This document shows, piece after piece, positions 1 through 9,802 of a stretch of DNA of 64,000 bases. The notes under the pieces were generated by a model. It did no database searches. It saw nothing but the letters and a program-made list of their open reading frames with translations, and was not told the DNA's origin. Source of the stretch: Clostridia bacterium (GTDB lineage Bacteria; Bacillota; Clostridia; UMGS1840); NCBI GenBank assembly GCA_045540295.1, contig JAZQGY010000011.1:610-64609 (forward strand), given 5' to 3'. Numbering within the stretch: the stretch's first letter is position 1; every line of letters starts with the position of its first letter. Position numbers and translations under genes: made by a program.

Positions 1-6
1 TGTGAC

Positions 7-46
7 AAAAAAATCCCCCCGTAAAGTACGGGGGGGGAGTTTTTTT
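7..46. terminator. Intrinsic terminator, probably bidirectional
   Basis: CCCCCCGTA-aag-TACGGGGGG stem flanked by A-run and T-run, just past the stop of the minus-strand gene at 48. Confidence 0.8.
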
Positions 47-47
47 A

Positions 48-1091
48 TTAGCCTTCAATTACAATTTCAAAAGCTGCGCTCTGGGGAGGAATGCTCATGG
101 TAGTTGCTTCGCTGTGAGTACCGGAAACTTTCATACCAGCTTCTAAATCGTTGATTTTATAGATTCTTCTGTTCATTACGTGATGAATGTTGGTTTCATC
201 GGATACGTTTAACTGGAGTTCGCCGTTTTCGGTTTCGATGAGAACGAAGTCTTCACCGACTTCTTTCACGGTGCCTGCAAAGGCAACGGTTGCAATTTCA
301 ACGGGGAATACTTCTTCGTATAATTCCACGCTCATTACATTTTTTGCAACTGCCTGAGCGGGTAAGCTCATGGTAGCAGCGTTATCCAGGTATTCAACCA
401 TAAATTCGGTACCATTTTTAATATCAGCCTGAGCGATGCCCTGGAAGATTGTTTCTTCCGCAAAGGTGATAATTACTTCACCTAAAATTTCGTCCATTAC
501 CAGTACGGAGCCTTCGTTGATGTCTTCTAAAGCAGTTACCACTCTGTAAGTGTTTTCTTCCTGTTTGGGATCGGTGATTTTAATTTCGCCGTTTCTGTCT
601 ACTTCGCAGCCAATACCCTGCAGAATGTTTTCCACAAAGCTAACGGGAACGTAGGTTCTGTTGTCAACCAGCTGAGGAGCGATGCCTAAGCTCATGGGAG
701 CCATTTTAGAGAAGGTATATTCATCTTTGGTAGGGTACATGGTGATGAACTGTGCACCTTTTACTAAGGAAATCATAGTGGTTTTTGCATCGTAGCCAAC
801 TTCGTAGCCTAAAGATTCGCAGATAGCACGTAAGGGAAGCATTACATTTTCGCCGTCAACATAGGTGTCTGCATTCAGAACTTCACCGTTTACTAAAATT
901 TTGTAAACAGGTCTGGTCATACCGGGATTGAAAACGGGAGTTGTTTCTTCTTCGGTGGGAGCAGCGATGGTCATAATTTCACCTTGTACATTGTCTGCAC
1001 CGTCGTGTACGTATTCTGCGAATACTGCACCGGTGGTTAAGGTGGTTACAAGTAAGAGAGTCGCGATTAAGGTTTGGATAAGTTTTTTCAT
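48..1091 (-). CDS. Secreted protein with copper-amine-oxidase N-terminal-like (stalk) domain and two C-terminal repeats
   Basis: Start moved to ATG 1091 (GGAGG upstream, signal peptide MKKLIQ..AVFA); motifs MLPLRAICESLGYEV and PQLVDNRTYVPVSFV; repeated TMS(L/I)P(A/P)Q. Confidence 0.75.
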   Translation of the reverse strand: MKKLIQTLIATLLLVTTLTTGAVFAEYVHDGADNVQGEIMTIAAPTEEETTPVFNPGMTRPVYKILVNGEVLNADTYVDGENVMLPLRAICESLGYEVGYDAKTTMISLVKGAQFITMYPTKDEYTFSKMAPMSLGIAPQLVDNRTYVPVSFVENILQGIGCEVDRNGEIKITDPKQEENTYRVVTALEDINEGSVLVMDEILGEVIITFAEETIFQGIAQADIKNGTEFMVEYLDNAATMSLPAQAVAKNVMSVELYEEVFPVEIATVAFAGTVKEVGEDFVLIETENGELQLNVSDETNIHHVMNRRIYKINDLEAGMKVSGTHSEATTMSIPPQSAAFEIVIEG

Positions 1092-1292
1092 GGGTTTTCC
1101 TCCATATATATGATATTTTTTATGCTTGGTATGTACCGCTTTTTGCGGTTTTCGCTTTCTAAGACGGAGAGGATTGCAAAAAGTTCCCGAATTTTTTAAA
1201 AAAATTTCAGAAAGCAAAGTTTTTTTGAAAAAAGATTGAAAAATACAGAATCTTATATTATAATGTATGCTTGTGACAAGGAGAGACCTTTT

Positions 1293-2633
1293 ATGAAACA
1301 AGCAAACAAAATTCAGTTATCTGATCATTTTAGCTATCGAAGATTATTAAAATTCACCTTCCCCTCCGTTGTGATGATGGTTTTTACTTCACTTTACGGC
1401 GTGGTGGACGGTATTTTTGTGTCTAATTTTGCAGGCAAAACACCCTTCGCAGCCATCAATCTAATCTGGCCGGTGGTGATGATTCTGGGGGCTCTCGGAT
1501 TTATGTTCGGTACCGGTGGAAGTGCGTTGGTTGCCAAAATTTTAGGAGAGCAGGACAAAAAATACGCCAACCGGGTATTTTCTGCCATTGTGTATGCCTC
1601 TGCACTTTTGGGAATTGTGTTGAGTATTCTGGGACTTTTGTTCATTCGTCCGATAACTTTCTGGCTGGGTGCAAAAGGGCAACTGGCAGAAGATACAATA
1701 CTGTACGGAAGCATTTTGTTTTCTGCCGTAGTAACTTTTATTTTACAAAATGAGTTTCAGTCTCTTTTAGTGGTAGCAGAAAAACCGAAGATGGGACTCT
1801 GGGTCACCGTTGCTGCAGGTCTTACTAATATTGTGTTTGATTATTTGCTCATTGCTGTGTTTGGGCTAGGCCTGTTAGGTGCTGCTTTGGCAACTGCCTT
1901 CTCCCAGATTGTTGGGTGCCTGATTCCCCTTGGTTATTTTATTTGGAATAAAAAGGGTGTTCTGCGGTTGGGAAGACCCGGTTGGTATCCGAAAGAGTTG
2001 ATGAAATCCTGTTCCAACGGGGCCTCAGAAATGCTTTCTAATATCTCCCTTTCTTTGGTAAATATTCTGTATAATTTTCAGTTTTTATCTTTGGCAGGGG
2101 AGGACGGACTTTCTGCGTATGGCGTGATTATGTATGTCAACTTTGTGTTTGTGTCTGCTTTTTTGGGGTATTCCATGGGCGTTGCACCGGTCATCAGCTA
2201 TCATTACGGGGCGAAAAATACAGATGAACTGAAGAATTTATTCAAAAAAAGTATGGCGTTGCTTACACTTTGTTCGCTGACGATGTTTTTATCGGCAGAG
2301 ATTTCGAGCGTTCCGCTTTGTAAACTGTTTGTCGGATTTGATGAAAACCTCTTTCGGATGACTTGTCGTGGCTTTATGATTTATTCGTTCTCGTTTTTGC
2401 TGTCCGGCTTTAATATTTTTGCTTCTGCCTTTTTTACGGCACTGAACAACGGAGCTGTTTCAGCAGTACTGTCTTTTTTCAGAAGCCTTATTTTTCCGGT
2501 GCTTTGTGTTTGGTTTATGCCTATGATTTTTGGTTTGGACGGTATTTTCGGCGCAGTAAATGGCGCAGAGCTTTTGGCACTTTTGTTAAGCATTGCTTTC
2601 TTTGTGGGATGTCGGAAACGGTATCACTACTAA
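1293..2633 (+). CDS. MATE family efflux transporter
   Basis: ~12 hydrophobic segments; SLYGVVDGIFVS and PVISYHYGA motifs; start at ATG 1293 after AAGGAG. Confidence 0.88.
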   Translation: MKQANKIQLSDHFSYRRLLKFTFPSVVMMVFTSLYGVVDGIFVSNFAGKTPFAAINLIWPVVMILGALGFMFGTGGSALVAKILGEQDKKYANRVFSAIVYASALLGIVLSILGLLFIRPITFWLGAKGQLAEDTILYGSILFSAVVTFILQNEFQSLLVVAEKPKMGLWVTVAAGLTNIVFDYLLIAVFGLGLLGAALATAFSQIVGCLIPLGYFIWNKKGVLRLGRPGWYPKELMKSCSNGASEMLSNISLSLVNILYNFQFLSLAGEDGLSAYGVIMYVNFVFVSAFLGYSMGVAPVISYHYGAKNTDELKNLFKKSMALLTLCSLTMFLSAEISSVPLCKLFVGFDENLFRMTCRGFMIYSFSFLLSGFNIFASAFFTALNNGAVSAVLSFFRSLIFPVLCVWFMPMIFGLDGIFGAVNGAELLALLLSIAFFVGCRKRYHY

Positions 2634-2750
2634 ACAATTTATCAAAATTAACTAAAAAAACAAATTCTTTGACTTTTTTTATAAATACAAAAATGTTGCG
2701 ATAAGCTATACTAAAAGAAAGAAATAAGAAAAATCCGGGAGGTACTTAGT

Positions 2751-3656
2751 ATGAATCAGACAACTTTAGTGGTAATGGCAGCAGGTATGGGCAGCCGTTA
2801 CGGCGGTTTAAAACAGATCGATCCTATCGGTCCCAATGGGGAAATTATTATTGACTATTCCGTGTATGATGCCATCAAAGCAGGTTTTTCCAAAGTAGTG
2901 TTTATCATCAAAAAAGAAAACGAACAGATTTTCAGAGAAGTAATCGGTGACAAACTGGAAAAAATAATTGATGTGGATTATGCATTCCAGGATGTCAACG
3001 ATATTCCCGGCGGTAATATTTACGGCAGAGAAAAACCCTGGGGTACCGGTCATGCGGTATTGGCTGCGAAGCCCTTTGTAAAAACTCCCTTTGCAGTTAT
3101 CAATTCAGACGATTTTTACGGAAAAACCACCTACGAAGGATTGCATAACTTCTTAAAAAATGCTACCGATAAGGAACGTTATCAGTATGCTATGATGGGA
3201 TTTATTTTAGAAAACACTTTAACCGATAACGGTTCTGTTGCACGTGGTATCTGTGAAGTATCCGAAGACGGTATGTTAAAAGCAATTACCGAACGTACCA
3301 AAATTCAGAAATTTGATAATGTGACCAAGTTTGAAGAAGACGGCATTTGGACTCCCATCAAAGAAGGAAGCTTTGTATCCATGAATACCTGGGGCTTCAC
3401 CTTAAGCATCTTTGATGAATTAGAAGCAAGACTTCCCAAATTCTTAGAAGACAGCAAAGACAATATCTTAAAAGCAGAATATTTCCTGCCTTCTGTTGTG
3501 GATGCGTTGATTCAGGAAGGAAAAGCAGATGTAAAAGTGCTGCCTTGCAATGAAAAATGGTATGGTGTAACCTATAAAGAAGATAAAGCACCGGTAATGG
3601 AATCTATCCGTAACATGGTGGATGGAGGCATTTATCCTTTGAATCTTTGGAAATAA
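2751..3656 (+). CDS. Sugar-phosphate nucleotidyltransferase family protein (GT-A fold)
   Basis: LVVMAAGMGSRYGGLKQ, KPWGTGHAVL, VINSDDFYG; GGAGG RBS. Confidence 0.85.
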   Translation: MNQTTLVVMAAGMGSRYGGLKQIDPIGPNGEIIIDYSVYDAIKAGFSKVVFIIKKENEQIFREVIGDKLEKIIDVDYAFQDVNDIPGGNIYGREKPWGTGHAVLAAKPFVKTPFAVINSDDFYGKTTYEGLHNFLKNATDKERYQYAMMGFILENTLTDNGSVARGICEVSEDGMLKAITERTKIQKFDNVTKFEEDGIWTPIKEGSFVSMNTWGFTLSIFDELEARLPKFLEDSKDNILKAEYFLPSVVDALIQEGKADVKVLPCNEKWYGVTYKEDKAPVMESIRNMVDGGIYPLNLWK

Positions 3657-3663
3657 TTTTGGC

Positions 3664-3692
3664 AAGAGGAATCCCTGCGGATTCCTCTTTTT
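3664..3692 (+). terminator. Intrinsic terminator
   Basis: AAGAGGAATCC-ctgc-GGATTCCTCTT followed by T-run. Confidence 0.8.
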
Positions 3693-3769
3693 ATGGGGAA
3701 TTTGACCTGTTTTTATGAGATTATCATGGCTGTTTTTAAACGGCAAAGACGGTTTTTTTGAGTTTTTCC

Positions 3770-3798
3770 TTGACAAATTGTTACAAATGTGTTACAAT
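3770..3798 (+). promoter_or_regulatory. SigmaA promoter overlapped by a WalR-like direct repeat
   Basis: TTGACA-N17-TACAAT; TGTTAC-N5-TGTTAC at 3779-3795. Confidence 0.65.
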
Positions 3799-3962
3799 AG
3801 CTATGGTCGTGTGTTTGCGTACGGATATGAAACCTGTTTTGAGCAATTTAGTTTCTTACATAGAAACGATTTTGTTTGTGAGATTTTCTGTGAGTTTGGA
3901 AAATCCGTTTTCTGTTAGAAGGTTTGTGGTCCGTGCAGTAAAAGAAAGGAGGGAATGCTGGA

Positions 3963-4628
3963 TTGCGTAAAAGTTTCGTAACATTCGTAGGGGTCCTTGT
4001 ACTGTTACTGATTTGTTCGATTCCTGTATTTGCAGAATCCCGTTTTGTTACTGCAAGCGTGTTAAACATCAGAAGTGCTCCCAGTACCGAAAGCCAGGTA
4101 ATCGGTCAGGTTGTTTTGGGCGATGAACTCTGTCTTTTGGAAATAACCGATGCTAATTGGGCAAAGATTGCTATCGGTGAACGGGAAGGATATGTTGCAA
4201 GAGAGTATCTTACCGTTACCCGTGAAGCTGTTCGTTTAGGTTCCCGTAGCGGAAAAAGACCGGTTAGCGAACCTTCTGTAGTTGACTATGCGAAGCAGTT
4301 TATCGGTGTCCCCTATGTTTATGGCGGAAGCAGCCCGAGCGGTTTCGATTGCTCAGGATTTGTAAAGTATGTGTATAGCCATTTTGGCGTAGAATTATCA
4401 AGAACCAGTTATAGCCAGGTTTACGAAGGTACTTATGTACCAAGATCCGAACTTCAACCCGGAGACTTAGTATTCTTCGGTAGTGCGAGTAATGTACATC
4501 ACGTTGGTATCTATGTTTCCGACGGTAATTTCATTCATGCACCCAAGCCCGGCAAAACAGTTACCATCGAAACTCTCCGGAGCGGTTACTATAATGATAG
4601 ATATTATACCGCCAGAAGAGTGAGATAA
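3963..4628 (+). CDS. Secreted SH3b + NlpC/P60 (C40) peptidoglycan endopeptidase
   Basis: Signal peptide; LNIRSAPST..GYVAREYL (SH3b); PYVYGG, GFDCSGF, HVGIY, FIHA catalytic motifs. Confidence 0.93.
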   Translation: MRKSFVTFVGVLVLLLICSIPVFAESRFVTASVLNIRSAPSTESQVIGQVVLGDELCLLEITDANWAKIAIGEREGYVAREYLTVTREAVRLGSRSGKRPVSEPSVVDYAKQFIGVPYVYGGSSPSGFDCSGFVKYVYSHFGVELSRTSYSQVYEGTYVPRSELQPGDLVFFGSASNVHHVGIYVSDGNFIHAPKPGKTVTIETLRSGYYNDRYYTARRVR

Positions 4629-4656
4629 CAAACGACCGTAATACAACATGTATATG

Positions 4657-4692
4657 AAAAAATACTGTGGGAGCAATCCGACAGTATTTTTT
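4657..4692 (+). terminator. Intrinsic terminator
   Basis: AAAATACTGT..ACAGTATTTT hairpin with T-run. Confidence 0.65.
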
Positions 4693-4720
4693 CTTTCAAT
4701 CATGCAAAGGAGGTGATGGT

Positions 4721-5773
4721 ATGAAAGAGCATCAGTATTTGTTTTCTAAGGAAGAATTGCTGTTAGCAGAGCATACTTTGCAAAAGCTTCTGATATGGTA
4801 TCAAAATGCTCATCGGGATTTGCCGTGGAGAAAAACCCGTGACCCGTATTGTATCTGGATTTCTGAAATTATGCTCCAACAAACTCGTGTGGAAGCGGTG
4901 AAAGAGTACTACCGTCGCTTTCTGGAAGTATTGCCCACGGTATCCGTTTTGGCAGAAGCGGAGGAAGAACAGGTATTAAAGCTTTGGGAAGGATTAGGGT
5001 ATTACAGTCGTGCCAGAAATCTAAAAAAGGCTGCTTGTCAGATTCTGGAAAAACACGATGGGGTTTTTCCTTCTGATTGGGATTCTGTCAGAAAACTTCC
5101 CGGTATCGGGGATTATACTGCAGGTGCGATTTTATCCATTGCCTTTGGACAGCCTGTTCCTGCTGTGGATGGGAATGTGCTTCGTGTCATGAGCCGCATT
5201 TTTCACGATGAATCTGATATTTTGGACTCAAAAACCAAAGCTCGTTACACCGAGCTTTTGCGGCAGGTGTATCCGACAGAATTCTGTTCCGAGGTAACTC
5301 AAAGCTTGATGGAACTGGGTGCAACAGTTTGCGTGCCAAACGGAGACCCCAAATGCGGGGAATGTCCCGTTTCGGAGATTTGTCGGGCAAGAGCAATGGG
5401 AGATGCAGAGACCTTACCTACAAAATCAAAAAAGGCTGACCGTAAAATTGAAAAAAAGACGGTTATTGTTTTGCAGTGCGGGGAAGAATTTGCCATTCGC
5501 AAACGTACACAAAAAGGTCTTTTGCACGGTATGTGGGAGCCGATGAATGTCAGTGGGCATCTTCTGAAAAAAGAGTTGAAAAAACAGTTTCCCGTTTCCG
5601 AAAATATTGAAACAATTGGGACCCATCGCCATATTTTTACTCATATTGAATGGGATATGGTGGGGTATTTGGTAGTGCTTTCTGAAAAAGAAGGCGATTA
5701 CCGTTGGGTCACCCGTGAGGAATTAAAAACTGCCTATGCAGTTCCAAAAGCTTTTCAACCCTTTATAAAGTGA
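4721..5773 (+). CDS. mutY: A/G-specific adenine DNA glycosylase
   Basis: WISEIMLQQT, WEGLGYYSRARN, HhH LPGIGDYTA, VDGNV, Cx6Cx2Cx5C 4Fe-4S motif; ATG 4721 after AGGAGG. Confidence 0.95.
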   Translation: MKEHQYLFSKEELLLAEHTLQKLLIWYQNAHRDLPWRKTRDPYCIWISEIMLQQTRVEAVKEYYRRFLEVLPTVSVLAEAEEEQVLKLWEGLGYYSRARNLKKAACQILEKHDGVFPSDWDSVRKLPGIGDYTAGAILSIAFGQPVPAVDGNVLRVMSRIFHDESDILDSKTKARYTELLRQVYPTEFCSEVTQSLMELGATVCVPNGDPKCGECPVSEICRARAMGDAETLPTKSKKADRKIEKKTVIVLQCGEEFAIRKRTQKGLLHGMWEPMNVSGHLLKKELKKQFPVSENIETIGTHRHIFTHIEWDMVGYLVVLSEKEGDYRWVTREELKTAYAVPKAFQPFIK

Positions 5774-5780
5774 TTGTAAC

Positions 5781-5815
5781 AAGTGAGTTTTCAAATTTTG
5801 AAAACTCACTTTTTT
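5781..5815 (+). terminator. Intrinsic terminator
   Basis: AAGTGAGTTTTCAA..TTGAAAACTCACTT plus T-run. Confidence 0.8.
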
Positions 5816-5882
5816 AGTTGTATATCTTTTTTCAAAAATCCATATAATCAAATGAAGATTAAAAAAAGAAGGAAATGTCATT

Positions 5883-6971
5883 TTGAAAAAACAGTTTAAA
5901 AGCTGGTGGGTTCAGCTGTCATTAGTGGGGGCTTTTCTCATTTTGTTTCATAAAATCATAAACGACGGAAACGCTATTTCTCTGTTTTTTGGGCAGGTTT
6001 TTAAATTGCTTCGTCCGTTTCTGATTGGCGGACTGCTTGCGGCATTGTTGTATAAGCCTTGTGCTTTTTTGGAAGAACGCCTGCAAAGACATCCCGCCCG
6101 ATGGCTTAGGAAACATGCCTTGGGATTGGGCGTTGGCGGAGTGTATGGTGTTGTGGCGGTCAGCGTTTGGCTTGCGTTGCAAGTGATTTGGCCTGCTGTG
6201 TTTTACAACCTGGAAACATTGGTGCGAAATCTTCCCGATTATTATGAACAGGCTCTTTGGTTTATTGAAGAACACGGAGTGCTGTCTTCTCTGGATTTAC
6301 CGCAGAAAATAGCACCCATTCTGGAACAGCTATTCTCCAGAGAATCGGTTGGTCGCTACGTTTCCTATCTTTCTGATATGGCCAATTCAGTTTTTGCCGT
6401 GTTAACGGGAGTTGTGGTGTCGGTTTATATCCTTTTGGAACGAAAAATGCTGATATGTGTGGGAAAACGATTGGTATCTGTTCTGGTTAAGCGGTCAGAC
6501 CGTTATACGGTATTTACTCATCTGAAAAGGCTTGGAAATCTGTTTTATTCCTATTTCACAGGATTGGGCTTGGATGCACTGTTTGTGGGAACTCTGTCCG
6601 TCATTTTGTTTTCGCTGTTCGGGGTTCCTTACGCGTTATTATTCGGCGTGTTTTCCGGCATCTGCAACCTGATTCCGTTTTTTGGTCCGATTGTTGCGGC
6701 AGGCGTCATTTTCTTGTTGAGCTTTTTGTCGCTGGGACTTGGAAAAGCTCTTTGGATTTTAGCGCTGCAAATTCTTTTGGGGCAAATTGATGCCAATGTG
6801 ATTCAACCGAAAATTATTGGACATTCCGTTGGAATCAGTCCGTTTTGGGTAATTTTCTCGGTGCTTGTGTTCGGGGAGCTTTGGGGCATTTTAGGAATGA
6901 TTTTAGGAGTTCCTATTGTGGCAGTGGCAAGAGTATGGTTTTTTGAACTGGAGGAAGCAAGGTACCAATAA
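5883..6971 (+). CDS. AI-2E (PerM/YtvI-like) family transporter
   Basis: Multi-TM; NLIPFFGP, IQPKIIGHSVGISP, WGILGMILGVP. Confidence 0.88.
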   Translation: MKKQFKSWWVQLSLVGAFLILFHKIINDGNAISLFFGQVFKLLRPFLIGGLLAALLYKPCAFLEERLQRHPARWLRKHALGLGVGGVYGVVAVSVWLALQVIWPAVFYNLETLVRNLPDYYEQALWFIEEHGVLSSLDLPQKIAPILEQLFSRESVGRYVSYLSDMANSVFAVLTGVVVSVYILLERKMLICVGKRLVSVLVKRSDRYTVFTHLKRLGNLFYSYFTGLGLDALFVGTLSVILFSLFGVPYALLFGVFSGICNLIPFFGPIVAAGVIFLLSFLSLGLGKALWILALQILLGQIDANVIQPKIIGHSVGISPFWVIFSVLVFGELWGILGMILGVPIVAVARVWFFELEEARYQ

Positions 6972-7002
6972 AAAACACAGGATGATTTCATCCTGTGTTT
7001 TT
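6970..7002. terminator. Bidirectional terminator between convergent genes
   Basis: AAAAACACAGGATGA-t-t-TCATCCTGTGTTTTT-type perfect stem with A/T flanks. Confidence 0.85.
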
Positions 7003-7009
7003 AGTTGTA

Positions 7010-8128
7010 TTACCTATTTGGGAAATATTGAAATAAATTGCATTTAATCATACCATTGTAAAGCTTTCGTTTTTTGTCGGAAAACTTTCCGTAATAATCT
7101 TCAAATTTTTCCTCAGGCGTTAGGATAAATGCAGACCAGCCCGGCAGCTTCTTACGAAATACCTGCCCCATCTGTTTATAAAGCAGACGGCATGCTTCTT
7201 CGTCTAATAAGCGTTCTCCGTAAGGCGGATTGCAAACAATGGTCCCTTCTAAGTAGGGGGGATTGAAGTTTGCCACATCCCTTTGGGTGATTTCCATTAA
7301 GTCAAAAGTATCCGACAGCTTGGCATTGTGGGTGGTTAATGCTACGGCATTCGGGTCAATGTCGGATGCTAAAATTTTCAGTTTGGAATCAGCTCTTATG
7401 AGGCTTTTTGCTTCCTCTTTGGCGTCTTTCCAGATTTTCTGGGGAATTTGCGGGAATTTCATTGCTGCAAACTCACGTTTGATGCCGGGAGCAATGTTTT
7501 TTGCAATCAGACCTGCTTCGATGGGGATGGTTCCTGACCCGGAAAATGGGTCTGCAAACACACCGTCATAACGGAAACGGCTTAAGGTAACAATGGCAGC
7601 AGCAATGGTTTCCTTTAAGGGGGCCTGATTAGAATTTTTGCGGTAGCCACGTTTATGTAAGGGCTGACCTGAGGTATCTATCATCAGTGTTAAAACATCT
7701 TTCATCAGAGAAAATTCCACCTGATAAAGCGTTCCTGATTCAGGAAAATAACTCTGATGATATGCACCTTCCAGCGATTTTACAATCGCTTTTTTAATGA
7801 CAGACTGGCAACCAGGTACGCTGAACAACTTGGATTTTAGAGAATAACCTTTCACGGGGAAGGCATCGTTTTTACCGATCCAGTCTTTCCAGGGGAGGCT
7901 TTTTGTAAAGTCAAACAGCTCATCAAAAGTGGTCACTTTTTTCTCTCCCATTTTGATGAGGATTCTTTCTCCGCAACGAACCCAAAGATTGCACCGGGCA
8001 ATGGCCGAAAAATCCCCTAAAAAGGTGATTCTTCCGTCGGTGACTTCGGTGACCTCATAACCTAATTTTTTCACTTCTTTGGAAACCAAAGCTTCCATAC
8101 CGAAGAGAGTTGTAATGATCAGTTCCAT
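7010..8128 (-). CDS. THUMP-domain class I SAM RNA methyltransferase (YpsC/RlmL-like)
   Basis: LHKRGYR, APLKETIAAA, DPFSGSGTIPIEA, NPPYGERL; start ATG 8128. Confidence 0.9.
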   Translation of the reverse strand: MELIITTLFGMEALVSKEVKKLGYEVTEVTDGRITFLGDFSAIARCNLWVRCGERILIKMGEKKVTTFDELFDFTKSLPWKDWIGKNDAFPVKGYSLKSKLFSVPGCQSVIKKAIVKSLEGAYHQSYFPESGTLYQVEFSLMKDVLTLMIDTSGQPLHKRGYRKNSNQAPLKETIAAAIVTLSRFRYDGVFADPFSGSGTIPIEAGLIAKNIAPGIKREFAAMKFPQIPQKIWKDAKEEAKSLIRADSKLKILASDIDPNAVALTTHNAKLSDTFDLMEITQRDVANFNPPYLEGTIVCNPPYGERLLDEEACRLLYKQMGQVFRKKLPGWSAFILTPEEKFEDYYGKFSDKKRKLYNGMIKCNLFQYFPNR

Positions 8129-8129
8129 A

Positions 8130-8330
8130 TTAGTTTGCCAGGGTAAACCCTGCATCTTCCACAGCTTCTTTGATGGCATCCATAGATACTTCTTTGGTGA
8201 GGTTCAGGGTTGCAGATTTTTCTTCTAAATTTACGGTTGCAGTTACACCTTCTAACTCGTTTAACGCATTTTCTACTCGTTTCTGGCAATGCGCACAGCT
8301 CATACCGTCAATATAAATTATCTTTTCCAT
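8130..8330 (-). CDS. Heavy-metal-associated (CopZ-like) chaperone
   Basis: 66 aa with GMSCAHC motif and C-terminal AVEDAGF. Confidence 0.9.
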   Translation of the reverse strand: MEKIIYIDGMSCAHCQKRVENALNELEGVTATVNLEEKSATLNLTKEVSMDAIKEAVEDAGFTLAN

Positions 8331-8365
8331 TGGAAATACTCCTTTTTCAGTAAAGTCTTTGGGTT

Positions 8366-8394
8366 ATTATAACATATTCTTTTCAAAAAATCAA
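8366..8394 (-). promoter_or_regulatory. SigmaA promoter for HMA-methyltransferase pair
   Basis: Minus strand TTGATT-N17-TATAAT with TG extension. Confidence 0.6.
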
Positions 8395-8426
8395 TCGGAC
8401 ACAGAAATTCTGTGTCCGATTTTTTT
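8393..8426. terminator. Terminator hairpin downstream of glmM
   Basis: AATCGGACACAGAA / TTCTGTGTCCGATT inverted repeat with T-runs on both strands. Confidence 0.75.
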
Positions 8427-8442
8427 ATTTTTATTTTTTTGT

Positions 8443-9795
8443 TTATGATACAGAATATTCCTTTTTTAAATAGGATACAATTTTTTCTCCCAATTCGGAT
8501 ATTGCGGTATGATTTTCTCCCTCCAGCATCACCCGATACAGAGGCTCGGTTCCTGACGGACGAAGGAGAATTCTGCCACGCTCTCCCAAACTTTTCTTTG
8601 TATCTTCCAATAATTTCAAAAGAGTTGCATCTGTTGGGATTTTTTTCTTGGCATCCTCTGTGGTTTTCACATTGTAAAGCACCTGAGGAAGTTTGACCAT
8701 CAGTTTGGCAAGGTTGGAGAGAGTCTCTTTCTTTTCCAGAAGGATTTCTGCCATTTTAAGTGCTGTTAAAATGCCGTCTCCCGTAACGGCGTGATGGGGA
8801 AAAATAATATGACCTGACTGTTCTCCGCCAAGAGAATATCCGCCCTTTTTCAGTTCTTCCCACACATAGCGATCTCCCACCTTGGTAGATACTACCGTAA
8901 TACCTTGTTCTTTTGCAAAAAGTGTTAGTCCCAAATTGCTCATTACCGTTGCCACAAGAGTGTTTTGGGCTAAAGCGTTTTGTTGCTTTTGGTGATGGGC
9001 AAAAATAGCAAGTGCCTGGTCCCCGTCAACTTCTTGTCCGTATTCGTCACAAAAAAGAGCACGGTCGCCGTCACCGTCAAATGCAATTCCAATGGTTGCA
9101 TCGACCTCTTTGGTGAATCGGGAGATGGTTTCCAGATAGGTGGAACCGCAGTTTTTGTTGATATTGATTCCGTTTGGCTGATTGGATGTGACAAAAACTT
9201 CGGCACCCAGACGAGTAAACACTTCTTCGGCAATTTGTGAGGTTGCTCCGTTGGCACAGTCTAAGGCAACCTTGATGCCGTCAAGATTTTGAGAAACAAT
9301 CCCCAAAAGCCATGTGATATAGTCTTCTTTTGCATTGGGAGAGGGGAGAATTTTACCAATTTGTTCTCCGGTTGCAAGGGGGATTTCTGTACTGTTTTTT
9401 ATCAGGGATTCAATTTTATCCTCGATTTCATCGGGGAATTTGATGCCGTTTTCATCAAACAGCTTGATGCCGTTATATTCCACGGGATTATGGGAGGCTG
9501 ATACCATCATACCGGCATCACATTGATAGATATTCGTAAGAAGACTTACCGCAGGCGTGGGAATCACTCCTAATTTCAGGACATTGGCACCTGCAGACGT
9601 TAGTCCGCTAATTAATGCAGATTCCAGCATATCTCCTGAAATACGAGTGTCTTTTCCGATGGCAACTTTGGGGGTGTGATGCCTTTTTTGCAGATAACAG
9701 GCAACTGCTTGTCCCACGTTATATGCTAGGTGGCAGGTGATCTCGCAGTTTGCAATTCCTCTGATGCCGTCGGTGCCAAAAAGCCTTCCCGTCAT
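8443..9795 (-). CDS. glmM: Phosphoglucosamine mutase
   Basis: LFGTDGIRG, SASHNP, DGDGDR, GGEQSGH, RPSGTEP. Confidence 0.95.
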   Translation of the reverse strand: MTGRLFGTDGIRGIANCEITCHLAYNVGQAVACYLQKRHHTPKVAIGKDTRISGDMLESALISGLTSAGANVLKLGVIPTPAVSLLTNIYQCDAGMMVSASHNPVEYNGIKLFDENGIKFPDEIEDKIESLIKNSTEIPLATGEQIGKILPSPNAKEDYITWLLGIVSQNLDGIKVALDCANGATSQIAEEVFTRLGAEVFVTSNQPNGININKNCGSTYLETISRFTKEVDATIGIAFDGDGDRALFCDEYGQEVDGDQALAIFAHHQKQQNALAQNTLVATVMSNLGLTLFAKEQGITVVSTKVGDRYVWEELKKGGYSLGGEQSGHIIFPHHAVTGDGILTALKMAEILLEKKETLSNLAKLMVKLPQVLYNVKTTEDAKKKIPTDATLLKLLEDTKKSLGERGRILLRPSGTEPLYRVMLEGENHTAISELGEKIVSYLKKEYSVS

Positions 9796-9802
9796 GTGTT
9801 AA

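Noticed and set aside
3799..3962. c-di-AMP (ydaO) riboswitch upstream of NlpC/P60
   Set aside because: GCUGAA, GGGG and CAGCUAAC-type conserved blocks are absent
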